Shown piece after piece: positions 48,937 to 57,316 of a DNA stretch of 64,000 nt (positions are counted from its first letter, which is position 1; every line of letters starts with the position of its first letter). A model generated the notes under the pieces. The model saw only the letters and a program-made list of their open reading frames with translations. It was not told where the DNA came from and made no database searches. A program made the position numbers and the translations under genes. Source of the DNA: Candidatus Multivorans sp. (GTDB lineage Bacteria; Acidobacteriota; Thermoanaerobaculia; Multivoradales; Multivoraceae). The DNA is taken from NCBI GenBank assembly GCA_965203495.1, contig CBDBDB010000016.1, positions 72,719-136,718 on the forward strand, read 5' to 3'.

Positions 48937-49775
48937 TCGGCGCCCGCCGCGACGAGTTCCACGTCGGCCACGTCGACGAGACGCCGCCGGACGTTGCTCG
49001 GTTCGCTCGTCGCATCGCCATCGGCTTCCTGCTGCTGGCCGCCGTTCTCGGGGCCGTCGCGGCGCTGCTGCTGGAGCGCTTCGACGAAGGCGTGTTCGAG
49101 TACGGCGTCGTGGGGGACCACGCAGGCGAACTGCTCCTCGACCCCCATCCCCGCCTGATCGCGGCGGACGGACCGGCCGCGGGCTATCTGCTGGTCGGGA
49201 CGGGAAAACACGGGCTGGACGTGAGCGGCGAATCCAGCCCGCCCTGGACGCCCTCGTCGTCCAGGAAGGCCGAGATCTCGGCCACGCTGATCCGGAACCC
49301 GGAGGCGGCCATGCTCGAAGTGCATTCCCTCGAGTTTCCCGAGGGGCCCGAAGGCAAGGCCGACGCCGAACCCGCCGCCGAGCCGGGCGTCCCCGCCGAC
49401 CGCGGACAGACCCTGCTGGGGGAGATCGTCGACACGAAGTGCTACCTGAGCGCCATGAAGCCGGGCCGCGGCAAACCCCACCGGGACTGCGCCTCGCTCT
49501 GCATCCGCGGAGGCGTTCCGGCCGCGTTGCTGGTGCGGACGGAGAACGGCGAACGACGCCTGGTCCATCTGCTGGACCCGCGGGGCCAGGCGTTGGGGCA
49601 CGAGGTTCTCGACTGGGTGGGCGAACCGGTCGAGGCGCGGGGAACCCTGAGGCGGCGTGACGGCCGCTTCTTCCTGCGGACGTTCGGCATCCGGCCGACA
49701 CGCGCCCCCGCGGCGGCCCCCTTCGTCCTGCCGTCCAGCCGGACGCACCCGTCCCCGACCGCAAGCAGCCGATGA
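48933..49775 (+). CDS. hypothetical single-TM membrane-anchored protein
   Basis: 280 aa. GTG overlapping the Rieske stop (GTGA). TM helix IAIGFLLLAAVLGAVAALLL then soluble domain (…KCYLSAMKPGRGKPHRDCASLCIRGG…). Stop overlaps the olsB ATG (ATGA). Confidence 0.5.
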   Translation: MIGARRDEFHVGHVDETPPDVARFARRIAIGFLLLAAVLGAVAALLLERFDEGVFEYGVVGDHAGELLLDPHPRLIAADGPAAGYLLVGTGKHGLDVSGESSPPWTPSSSRKAEISATLIRNPEAAMLEVHSLEFPEGPEGKADAEPAAEPGVPADRGQTLLGEIVDTKCYLSAMKPGRGKPHRDCASLCIRGGVPAALLVRTENGERRLVHLLDPRGQALGHEVLDWVGEPVEARGTLRRRDGRFFLRTFGIRPTRAPAAAPFVLPSSRTHPSPTASSR

Positions 49776-50635
49776 CCGAGCCAGTCCGCGACAACGCCCC
49801 GGCGACCGGCCTCGGCGGCGGACCCATGCCCGGCCCCGAACACCTGCCCGACGGACAGATCGAAGCCGGCGCCTACCGACTGCGCTTCGCGCGCACGGCC
49901 GAGGACATCGACCGGCTGCTGGCCCTGCGCTTCGAGGTCTTCAACCTGGAACTGGGAGAAGGTCTCGACGAGTCCTGGGACACCGGCCGTGACACGGACG
50001 GTTTCGACGCAAGTTGCCACCACATGCTGGTCGAGCGGACGGACGGCACGATGATCGGCACCTACCGGATGCAGACGGCCGCCATGGCGGCCCGCGGCAA
50101 GGGCTTCTACTCGGCCACCGAGTACGACCTGGACGCCCTGCCCCGCGGCGTGCTCGACCGTTCGGTCGAGATCGGCCGCGCCTGCATCGAACGCCGCCAC
50201 CGGAAGCGGACGGTCCTGTTCCTGCTCTGGCGGGGCCTGGCCCGCTACATGGTCCACAATCGGCTCCGCTACCTGTTCGGTTGCTGCTCCCTGACCAGCC
50301 AGGACCAGGCCGCGGGCATCCGGCTCTACCGGCAGCTCGTCGCGGGCGGCAAGGTCAGGCCGGACCTCGACGTGCCGGTACTCGAGCACGCCCGCTGCGA
50401 GGCGCCGACCGAGATCGTCGAGAGCGGGCCGCGGACCGAGATGCCGCCCCTGTTCGCAACCTACCTGCGCTACGGCGCCCTCGTCTGCAGCCGGCCGGCG
50501 ATCGACCGCGACTTCAGAACGATCGACTACCTGGTGCTGATGGACACGGACACGCTCAGCCGGCGCATGCGGCTGATCTTCGGACTCGACCCGACGCCGG
50601 CAACCGAATCGGCGACGCGCGACGCCAGCGCCTGA
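49772..50635 (+). CDS. olsB: OlsB-like GNAT-fold N-acyltransferase (ornithine/amino-acid lipid N-acyltransferase family)
   Basis: 287 aa. YRLRFARTAEDIDRLLALRFEVFNLELGEG and downstream ...GTYRMQT...EIGRACIERRHRKR... follow the OlsB/GlsB (hemolysin-like acyltransferase) pattern. Followed by a PlsC-type acyltransferase. Confidence 0.78.
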   Translation: MTEPVRDNAPATGLGGGPMPGPEHLPDGQIEAGAYRLRFARTAEDIDRLLALRFEVFNLELGEGLDESWDTGRDTDGFDASCHHMLVERTDGTMIGTYRMQTAAMAARGKGFYSATEYDLDALPRGVLDRSVEIGRACIERRHRKRTVLFLLWRGLARYMVHNRLRYLFGCCSLTSQDQAAGIRLYRQLVAGGKVRPDLDVPVLEHARCEAPTEIVESGPRTEMPPLFATYLRYGALVCSRPAIDRDFRTIDYLVLMDTDTLSRRMRLIFGLDPTPATESATRDASA

Positions 50636-50639
50636 GGGA

Positions 50640-51455
50640 ATGCGCTTCCCTCGCGTCTGTCGGCTGGCCTGGCGGGGCCCGGCGCTCCTCCTGGCCACCC
50701 TGGCCGCATGGCTGCCGCTGCTGGTCCTGAAGCCGCTCCTCGCGCGCCGCCGCTACCCTACCTGGCGCAGGGTCCGCTCCGGCATCATGCGCCGCTGGGG
50801 CCAGGCGTGCCTGGCCGCGCTCGGCTGCCGGGTCACGGTCCGGGGAGCGCCGCCCCGGCCGCCCAGCCTGCTGGTCTCGAACCACGTCTCCTACGTCGAC
50901 ATCCTGGTGCTTGCCGCGCACTCGCCCGCCCGTTTCGTCTCCAAGTCCGAGGTCGGGGGGTGGCCCCTGGCCGGCTGGGTGTGCCGCACGGTCGACATCC
51001 TCTTCGTCGACCGCGGCCGGCGGCGCGACGTGACCCGGGTCGGCGATCAGATCGCCGAGGCCCTAGAGGCGGGCGATCCGGTCATCCTCTTCGCTGAAGG
51101 CACGTCGACGCCCGGCGATGCGGTGGCCACGCTCAAGCCCTCGTTGCTGGCGCCGGCCGCCGTCCAGGAACTCCCGGTGCACTGGGCGGTCCTGCGCTAC
51201 GAGACGCCGGACGACGAGGATCCCGCCTTCCTGAGCGTCGCCTGGTGGGGCGACATGCCGCTGACGCCGCACGCGCCCGAACTGCTCACGCTGCGCCGGA
51301 TCGACGCCGAGCTCGAGTTCGGGGCGGAGCCGCTTCATGACGCCGACCGCAAGGAACTCGCGCGTCGACTGCGACGACGCATGACGGCGGCGTTCCGGCC
51401 CATGGTTTCGAGCGAGGAAGCGGCCGCTTCGACCGGCGACCGGCGGTTTCCATGA
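50640..51455 (+). CDS. olsA: lyso-aminolipid O-acyltransferase, PlsC (1-acyl-sn-glycerol-3-phosphate acyltransferase) family, OlsA-like
   Basis: HX4D acyltransferase motif (SNHVSYVDILVL) and the FAEGTS block. N-terminal TM anchor. Immediately downstream of olsB. Confidence 0.75.
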   Translation: MRFPRVCRLAWRGPALLLATLAAWLPLLVLKPLLARRRYPTWRRVRSGIMRRWGQACLAALGCRVTVRGAPPRPPSLLVSNHVSYVDILVLAAHSPARFVSKSEVGGWPLAGWVCRTVDILFVDRGRRRDVTRVGDQIAEALEAGDPVILFAEGTSTPGDAVATLKPSLLAPAAVQELPVHWAVLRYETPDDEDPAFLSVAWWGDMPLTPHAPELLTLRRIDAELEFGAEPLHDADRKELARRLRRRMTAAFRPMVSSEEAAASTGDRRFP

Positions 51456-54076
51456 CGGTTTCCGGGAGGCGCCGGCACTGGCCTCGGGTCGCCCTCGGCG
51501 TCTACTGCGCGCTGCTGCTTGCTTCGACGGTCGTCCGGCTGGCCAGGGACGAACGCCAGCCGCCGCCGGAAGATCGCAGGACGATGGAGATCCCCACGCC
51601 GGACGGCGAAGGGACGTTGCTCATCGCCTGGAAGGAAACGTCTTCCCCGAACGAGGAGGCGCTGCCGCTCGTGCTGCTGCACGGATCGCCCGGCAGCGCC
51701 GGGAACTTCGACGGCCTGACGTCGCGGTCGACCCGGCGGCGGACCATCGCGCCGGACCTTCCCGGCTTCGGCGCCTCCGATCGCCGAGTGGCCGACTACT
51801 CCGCCCGCGGCCACGCGAGTTCCACGCTGAGGCTGCTCGATCGCCTGAACGTCGAGCGGTTTCACGTTCTCGGTTTCAGCATGGGCGGCGCGGTTGCGCT
51901 GCATCTCGCCGAACAGGCGCCCCGCCGGGTCGCCTCGGTCGTCCTGACGTCGGCGATCGGCGTTCAGGAGCTCGAGCTCCTGGGCGACTACCGGATGAAC
52001 CACGGGCTTCACCGTCTCCAGCTCGGCCTGTTGCGGGCGATCCGCCTTCTGGTCCCCCACTTCGGCGTGTTCGACAGCGCCGCCGCCTGGTCCTACGCCC
52101 GCAACTTCCACGACACGGACCAGCGGCCGCTGCGCGGCATCCTCGAGTCCCTCGACGCGCCGGTCTTCATTGTCCACGGCACGCGGGATCCCCTCGCGCC
52201 GGCCGCCGCGGCGCTGGAGCACCACCGCATCGTGCCGCAAAGCGAGTTGTGGATGCGTCCTGACAGCCACTTCTTCCTGTTCCGAGGCGGCGAAGAGCTT
52301 GCCGCCCGGATCGAGGACTTCCTGAGCCGCGTCGAGGCAGGCGAGGCAGCGACTCGCGCCGATGCCGAACCGGACCGGCTGCGCCGCGCCGCCCTGCCGT
52401 TCGACGACCGGAACCTCCCGCCGTTCGCCGGGCCCGCCCTGCTGATCGTCTTCCTGCTCCTCGTCTTCGCCGCGTACGTCAGCGAGGATCTGGCCGGCGT
52501 TGCCGCCGGCCTGCTCGCGGCCCAGGGCCGGCTCGACTTCACCGTTGCCGTCGCCGCCTGCTACGTCGGCAACCTGAGCAGCGACCTCGTCATTGCCTGG
52601 CTGGCGCGCGTTCTCGGCCGGCCGGCTCTCGGACTGCCGCCCTTCAAGTGGTGGGTCAGCGACGCTTCGATCGAAGAGGCTTCCGCCTGGCTGCGCCGGC
52701 GCGCCCTGGCGGTCGTGCTGGCCAGTCGGTTCCTGCCCGGAACGCGCCTGCCGATCTGTCTGGCCGCCGGCATCCTGCGCACGAGTCTGCCCCGGCTCTG
52801 CTTCTGTTTCGCGGTCGCCGGGGCAATCTGGACCCCGGCTTTCGTCGGCGTGAACGCCCTCCTGGGACGCGAAGCCGTCGCGCGCCTTGGCGGCCGGCTG
52901 CCGGGAGGGATCTTCGGCGCCGCGCTGGTCCTGGCGCTCGTCATCTTCACCGTGCGGAGCGTGGTCCTGCCTCTGCTCACGTGGCGGGGCCGCCGCCTCT
53001 GGCGCGGCCGCCTGCTGCGCATCCGGCGATGGGAGTTCTGGCCGACGTGGGCGTTCTATCCGCCGCTCGCGCTCCACATTCTCTGGCAGGGCCTGTTGCG
53101 GGGCAACCTGACCGCGTTCACCGCCATCAACCCCTCCATGCCGCTAGGCGGTCTGGTCGGTGAGTCGAAGAGCCACATCCTCGACGGACTGGCCGGCATC
53201 GGCGAGGCGCTGCCGGCCTGGAGGCGGCTCGGGACCGGACGCCCGGAGGAACGCGTCGCGGCTCTGCGCCGCTTCCTGAAGGACGAGAACCTCGACTACC
53301 CCGTCGTGCTCAAGCCGGACACCGGCGAACGCGGCCGCGGCGTCGCCGTAGCGCGCACCGAAGCCGACGCGGTAGCGTTCTTCGAGAAGACCCCGGGACC
53401 GGCGCTGGCGCAGGAGTTCGTCGACGGCGAGGAGTACGGCGTGTTCTGGGCCCGGCGCCCGGGCCGACGCAGCGGGCACGTCTTCTCGATCACGCACAAG
53501 GTGCGGCCCACCGTGACCGGCGACGGAACCAGCACGTTGGAGCGGTTGATCCTGAACGACCCGCGCGCGGTCGCCATCGCCCACGTGTACCGGCGGGAGC
53601 ATCCCGAGGCGGCGACGCACATCCCCGAGGTCGGCGAGAAAGTCGAGCTGACCCAGGTCGGCGCCCACTCGCGGGGGACGATCTTCCTGGACGCCAACGA
53701 CCTGCACACGTCGGACCTGGAGCGGGCGATAAACGCGATCTGCACCGCCTGCGTCGGCTTCGACTTCGGCCGCTTCGACCTGCGCGTCCCGAGCGCCGAG
53801 GCGCTGCGGCGCGGCGAGGGCATCCGCGTGCTGGAAGTGAACGGAGTGACGTCGGAAGCCACCCACATGTACGACCCGCGCTACGGTTTCCTCGCCGCCC
53901 ACGCGATCCTGCGACGGCAGTGGCAGCTGGCGTTCGACCTGGCGGAGGAACGCATCCGCGAAGGTGTTCGACCCGCCACGTTGAGCCGGATTCTCCACGC
54001 CGCGCGGGTTGAACGACGAGCCCGCCGCGGCGCGGCGCAAGCGCCCGCCCGCCGGGCGCGGCGCCGAACACGGTGA
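51452..54076 (+). CDS. three-domain fusion: N-terminal alpha/beta hydrolase, central DedA/VTT-family membrane domain, C-terminal ATP-grasp ligase-like domain
   Basis: aa 60-300: LLHGSPGSAGNF...GFSMGGAVALHLA...HGTRDPLAP (alpha/beta hydrolase). aa 330-480: SEDLAGVAAG...RFLPGTRLPICLAAGI (DedA/VTT signature). aa 560-840: YPVVLKPDTGERGRGVAVARTEADAVAFFE...LAQEFVDGEEYGVFW...VLEVNGV (ATP-grasp-like). ATG overlaps the olsA stop (ATGA). Confidence 0.75.
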   Translation: MTVSGRRRHWPRVALGVYCALLLASTVVRLARDERQPPPEDRRTMEIPTPDGEGTLLIAWKETSSPNEEALPLVLLHGSPGSAGNFDGLTSRSTRRRTIAPDLPGFGASDRRVADYSARGHASSTLRLLDRLNVERFHVLGFSMGGAVALHLAEQAPRRVASVVLTSAIGVQELELLGDYRMNHGLHRLQLGLLRAIRLLVPHFGVFDSAAAWSYARNFHDTDQRPLRGILESLDAPVFIVHGTRDPLAPAAAALEHHRIVPQSELWMRPDSHFFLFRGGEELAARIEDFLSRVEAGEAATRADAEPDRLRRAALPFDDRNLPPFAGPALLIVFLLLVFAAYVSEDLAGVAAGLLAAQGRLDFTVAVAACYVGNLSSDLVIAWLARVLGRPALGLPPFKWWVSDASIEEASAWLRRRALAVVLASRFLPGTRLPICLAAGILRTSLPRLCFCFAVAGAIWTPAFVGVNALLGREAVARLGGRLPGGIFGAALVLALVIFTVRSVVLPLLTWRGRRLWRGRLLRIRRWEFWPTWAFYPPLALHILWQGLLRGNLTAFTAINPSMPLGGLVGESKSHILDGLAGIGEALPAWRRLGTGRPEERVAALRRFLKDENLDYPVVLKPDTGERGRGVAVARTEADAVAFFEKTPGPALAQEFVDGEEYGVFWARRPGRRSGHVFSITHKVRPTVTGDGTSTLERLILNDPRAVAIAHVYRREHPEAATHIPEVGEKVELTQVGAHSRGTIFLDANDLHTSDLERAINAICTACVGFDFGRFDLRVPSAEALRRGEGIRVLEVNGVTSEATHMYDPRYGFLAAHAILRRQWQLAFDLAEERIREGVRPATLSRILHAARVERRARRGAAQAPARRARRRTR

Positions 54077-54086
54077 GACGCGCGGA

Positions 54087-54557
54087 CTACCCGGCCTTCG
54101 CGGGCGCCTTCTTCTTCGCCGTCCGACGACGCGGCTTCGGCTTCTCCAGCGCATCGAGCCGCGCCTCGATCGCCCCCAGCCGTTCGATCACGGCCTCCAG
54201 GTCCGCCTTGCCAGGGACGCCGAGCTTCTCGAGCCGCCGCTCCAGGTGCTCGTCGATTCCCGTCCGCGCCTTGGCCCGCGTCTGTTCGACCCCCTTTTCG
54301 GCGGCGGCGCGCACCTGCTGAACCTTCTCCTCGGCCTTGTCCCGCCAGCCGCTCAGGGACTCCCGACTCTGGCTCTCGACCTTCTCGCCGCGCGCGACCA
54401 GCCGGTCGAAGACCCTGGCGCCCACATCCGCCGCCTCGCCCGCCGCCCCGACGCCGGCGAGCGCCGCCTTGTGAACCTTCTCGACGACGGACTCGACCGC
54501 CGTCCGCGGCTTCGAGCCGCTGTCCCTCCCGTCCGCCGCGGATGCTGCTGCCGTCAT
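54087..54557 (-). CDS. phasin / PHA-granule-associated protein with Lys/Ala-rich histone-like tail
   Basis: 156 aa, helical and low complexity, rich in A/E/K/R. C-terminal PKPRRRTAKKKAPAKAG. ATG at 54557 with AGGGGAGA SD. Resembles PhaF/phasin-family proteins. Confidence 0.65.
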   Translation of the reverse strand: MTAAASAADGRDSGSKPRTAVESVVEKVHKAALAGVGAAGEAADVGARVFDRLVARGEKVESQSRESLSGWRDKAEEKVQQVRAAAEKGVEQTRAKARTGIDEHLERRLEKLGVPGKADLEAVIERLGAIEARLDALEKPKPRRRTAKKKAPAKAG

Positions 54558-54750
54558 CTGTTCTCCCCTGTACGTTGCGTCTTCCAGTGGTCTGACCGCG
54601 ACCCGGTCAGCGCCCCGAAACTCGTCTCCCGCTCTGTGTTCCGGCCCATCCTGTCCGTCCCCGGTAGCTCGGGACAGGAACGCGGCGCCTTGACCGGAGT
54701 GCCAAGCCGGACCTTCCGATTGGCATTGAGCGCAGAGTAACATCGGCGCC

Positions 54751-55659
54751 ATGAGAATCCATACGAAAAAACCGAGATCGATGTTGGCCTTCGTCCTGCC
54801 GACGACACTGATCGCGCTCACCGCCTTCGGCGGCGTCCACGCGCAAGACGAAGCCGCGACGAAGTCCTTCACGGCCAGCGACGGCGTCGAGATCCACTAC
54901 CTGGTCGAAGGCCGCGGCGACCCGGTCGTGCTGCTTCACGGCATCACCGGCACGGCCGTCTCGAACTGGGGCGCGACGGGCATCATCGGCCAACTGGCCG
55001 AGGAGTTCCAGGTCATCGCCGTCGACCAACGCGGCCACGGCAAGAGCGGCAAGCCGCACGACCCGGCGAGCTACGGCGAGCGCATGGCGCTGGACGTCGT
55101 CGACCTGCTCGATCACCTGAAGCTGCGGCAGGCCCACGTCGTCGGGTACTCGATGGGCGGCTTCATCACGATGAAGCTCGTCGCGCTGGCCCCGGACCGG
55201 CTGATGTCGGCCGTGGTCGGCGGCGCCGGCTGGCCCAGCCGCGAACTCCGGGATGACGCGATGTTCGACGCGCTGGCCGCTTCCCTGGAGGAAGGCAATG
55301 GCGCCGGCCCCTTGATCGAAGCCCTCTGGTCCGGCGACGACCCGCCGGCGCCAGAGCAGGTTCAGGCGATCGGCCAGATGATGGTCGCCTCGAACGATCA
55401 AGCGGCCCTCGCCGCCGTCGTCCGCGGCATGCCCTCCCTCGATCTGGGCGCGGACGCTCTCCGGTCGAACAAGGTGCCGACCCTCAACATCATCGGCGGC
55501 GCCGACCCCCTGAAGCCGAGCGCCGAGGCCCTCGTCGGCCTGATGGAGGGGCACCGCCTCCACGTCATCGAAGGCGCGGACCACATGACCGCTCTCCGGT
55601 CCCCCGAGTTCACCGCCGCGATCCGCGACTTCCTCATCGAACTCTGCAACTGCGCCTGA
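54751..55659 (+). CDS. secreted alpha/beta hydrolase
   Basis: Signal peptide (MLAFVLPTTLIALTAFGGVHAQ), HGITGT...DQRGHGKS, GYSMGG nucleophile elbow, C-terminal GADH catalytic His region. Confidence 0.8.
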   Translation: MRIHTKKPRSMLAFVLPTTLIALTAFGGVHAQDEAATKSFTASDGVEIHYLVEGRGDPVVLLHGITGTAVSNWGATGIIGQLAEEFQVIAVDQRGHGKSGKPHDPASYGERMALDVVDLLDHLKLRQAHVVGYSMGGFITMKLVALAPDRLMSAVVGGAGWPSRELRDDAMFDALAASLEEGNGAGPLIEALWSGDDPPAPEQVQAIGQMMVASNDQAALAAVVRGMPSLDLGADALRSNKVPTLNIIGGADPLKPSAEALVGLMEGHRLHVIEGADHMTALRSPEFTAAIRDFLIELCNCA

Positions 55660-55957
55660 CAGCCGTCGGGCCGCGCCGTCGCACGGGAGGCGGGACACAC
55701 TGGCTGCGCAGGCGTCCCCGCCGGCATCCGGCGCGAAACGCCGGGCTCCGGAATCCGTGTCGCGCCGGCAGCGTCGGCACACCTGTACCTTTCCGGGATG
55801 GGATTCGGTCATCGATCTCGTACCGTTCGCCGTAGTCGCCGGGGCTGCGGTAGCTGTGGGAAACCGGTCCGCCGGTATTCCAAGGACCGGCGGGAAACGG
55901 CTTGCCGTTTTCCCGGTGCGGCGGTGTCTGTTCGATGCAACCGAGGGCGTGGAGCCG

Positions 55958-57094
55958 CTACGCCGACAACAGCGTCTCGACCAGCGTGGTCCAGTAGCGC
56001 ATGCCCAAGGGCAGGATGTCGTCGTTGAAGTCGTAGCGGGGGGTGTGGAGGCCGGCGCTGTCGCCGTTGCCCAGGAACATGAAGGCGCCGGGACGCTCCT
56101 GGAGCATGTAGGCGAAGTCCTCGGAACCCATGACGGGCGAGAGGTCCGTGGCGACGTCCTCGCCGACCTCCCGGGCGGCGTTCGCCGCCTTCTTCGTCTG
56201 CTCGGCGTGGTTCACGGTGGCCGGGTAATAGCGGCGATACTGGAACTCGAAGCCGGCGCCGTGGGCCGCGCAGATGCCGCCGCCGATCTGGCGCATCCGC
56301 CGTTCAACGAGCTGCTGCACTTCGGGCAGAAACGCCCGGACGCAGCCGCCGTGAACGACGCGGCTCGGGATGACGTTGTCCGCGCGACCGCCGTGAACGC
56401 GTGTCACGGTGATCACCGCGCTGTTCAGCGGGTCCACGTTGCGTGCAACGATCGTCTGCAGGGCGAGAACGATCTCGGCCGCGACCGGAATCGGGTCCAC
56501 CGTACCGTGGGGGAACGCCGCGTGGCCGCCGGCGCTGGTGACGGCAAACTCGAACACGTCGATCGCGGCCATCAGCGGCCCGGCGCGCAGGCCGAAGGCG
56601 CCGACTTCCATTCCCGGGTAGTTGTGGACGCCGTAGACCTCCTCGGCGGGGAACCGCTCGAACAGGCCCTCCTCGATCATCACGCGGGCGCCGCCATCCT
56701 TCTCTTCGGCGGGCTGGAAGACGAAGTAGACCGTGCCGTCGAAGGACCGGTTCCGGCTCAGATGGCTCGCCGCGCCGAGCAGCATCGCCGTGTGGCCGTC
56801 GTGACCGCAGGCGTGCATCCTGCCGGGGTTCCGGGAGCGGTGCTCGAAGTCGTTCTCCTCCTCGATCGGCAGCGCGTCCATGTCCGCGCGGAGCGCGATG
56901 CCGCGATCCGACGAGCCGGACTTCAACACGCCGACAACGCCGGTGCCAGCAAGACCGCGGTGGACCTCGATGTCGCCGAACGACTCGAGCAGCGCCGCCA
57001 CCTTCCGGCTGGTTTCCACTTCCTCGAACGCGAGCTCGGGGTGTCGGTGGAAGTCCCGCCTCCAGGACCTCATCTGTTCGTGCAGTGGATCCAT
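55958..57094 (-). CDS. M20D family amidohydrolase (hippurate hydrolase/aminoacylase-like)
   Basis: 378 aa starting MDPLHEQMRSWRRDFHRHPELAFEE (typical M20D start). Metal ligands in ...ADMDALP...HACGHDGH... and the C-terminal GSEDFAYM block. Confidence 0.85.
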   Translation of the reverse strand: MDPLHEQMRSWRRDFHRHPELAFEEVETSRKVAALLESFGDIEVHRGLAGTGVVGVLKSGSSDRGIALRADMDALPIEEENDFEHRSRNPGRMHACGHDGHTAMLLGAASHLSRNRSFDGTVYFVFQPAEEKDGGARVMIEEGLFERFPAEEVYGVHNYPGMEVGAFGLRAGPLMAAIDVFEFAVTSAGGHAAFPHGTVDPIPVAAEIVLALQTIVARNVDPLNSAVITVTRVHGGRADNVIPSRVVHGGCVRAFLPEVQQLVERRMRQIGGGICAAHGAGFEFQYRRYYPATVNHAEQTKKAANAAREVGEDVATDLSPVMGSEDFAYMLQERPGAFMFLGNGDSAGLHTPRYDFNDDILPLGMRYWTTLVETLLSA

Positions 57095-57316
57095 CAGCCT
57101 GAATGGTAGCGGAGAGACCCCGAAGAGGTCCGGAGCGTCAGGGACTGTTCGTCATTCGGGCCTCCGGCAGCAGCGCCAGGCATCGTGAACGCGCGGGACT
57201 TCAAGCCGCGAACGTTCTCGTGACGGCGCCCAGGGCGCCCTGACTGCGGATTCTCGCCCCGCGCTCCAGACGGGAAACGGATGGCAAGCGGGTCCGCGGG
57301 CGGCGGAAGGGCGTCC

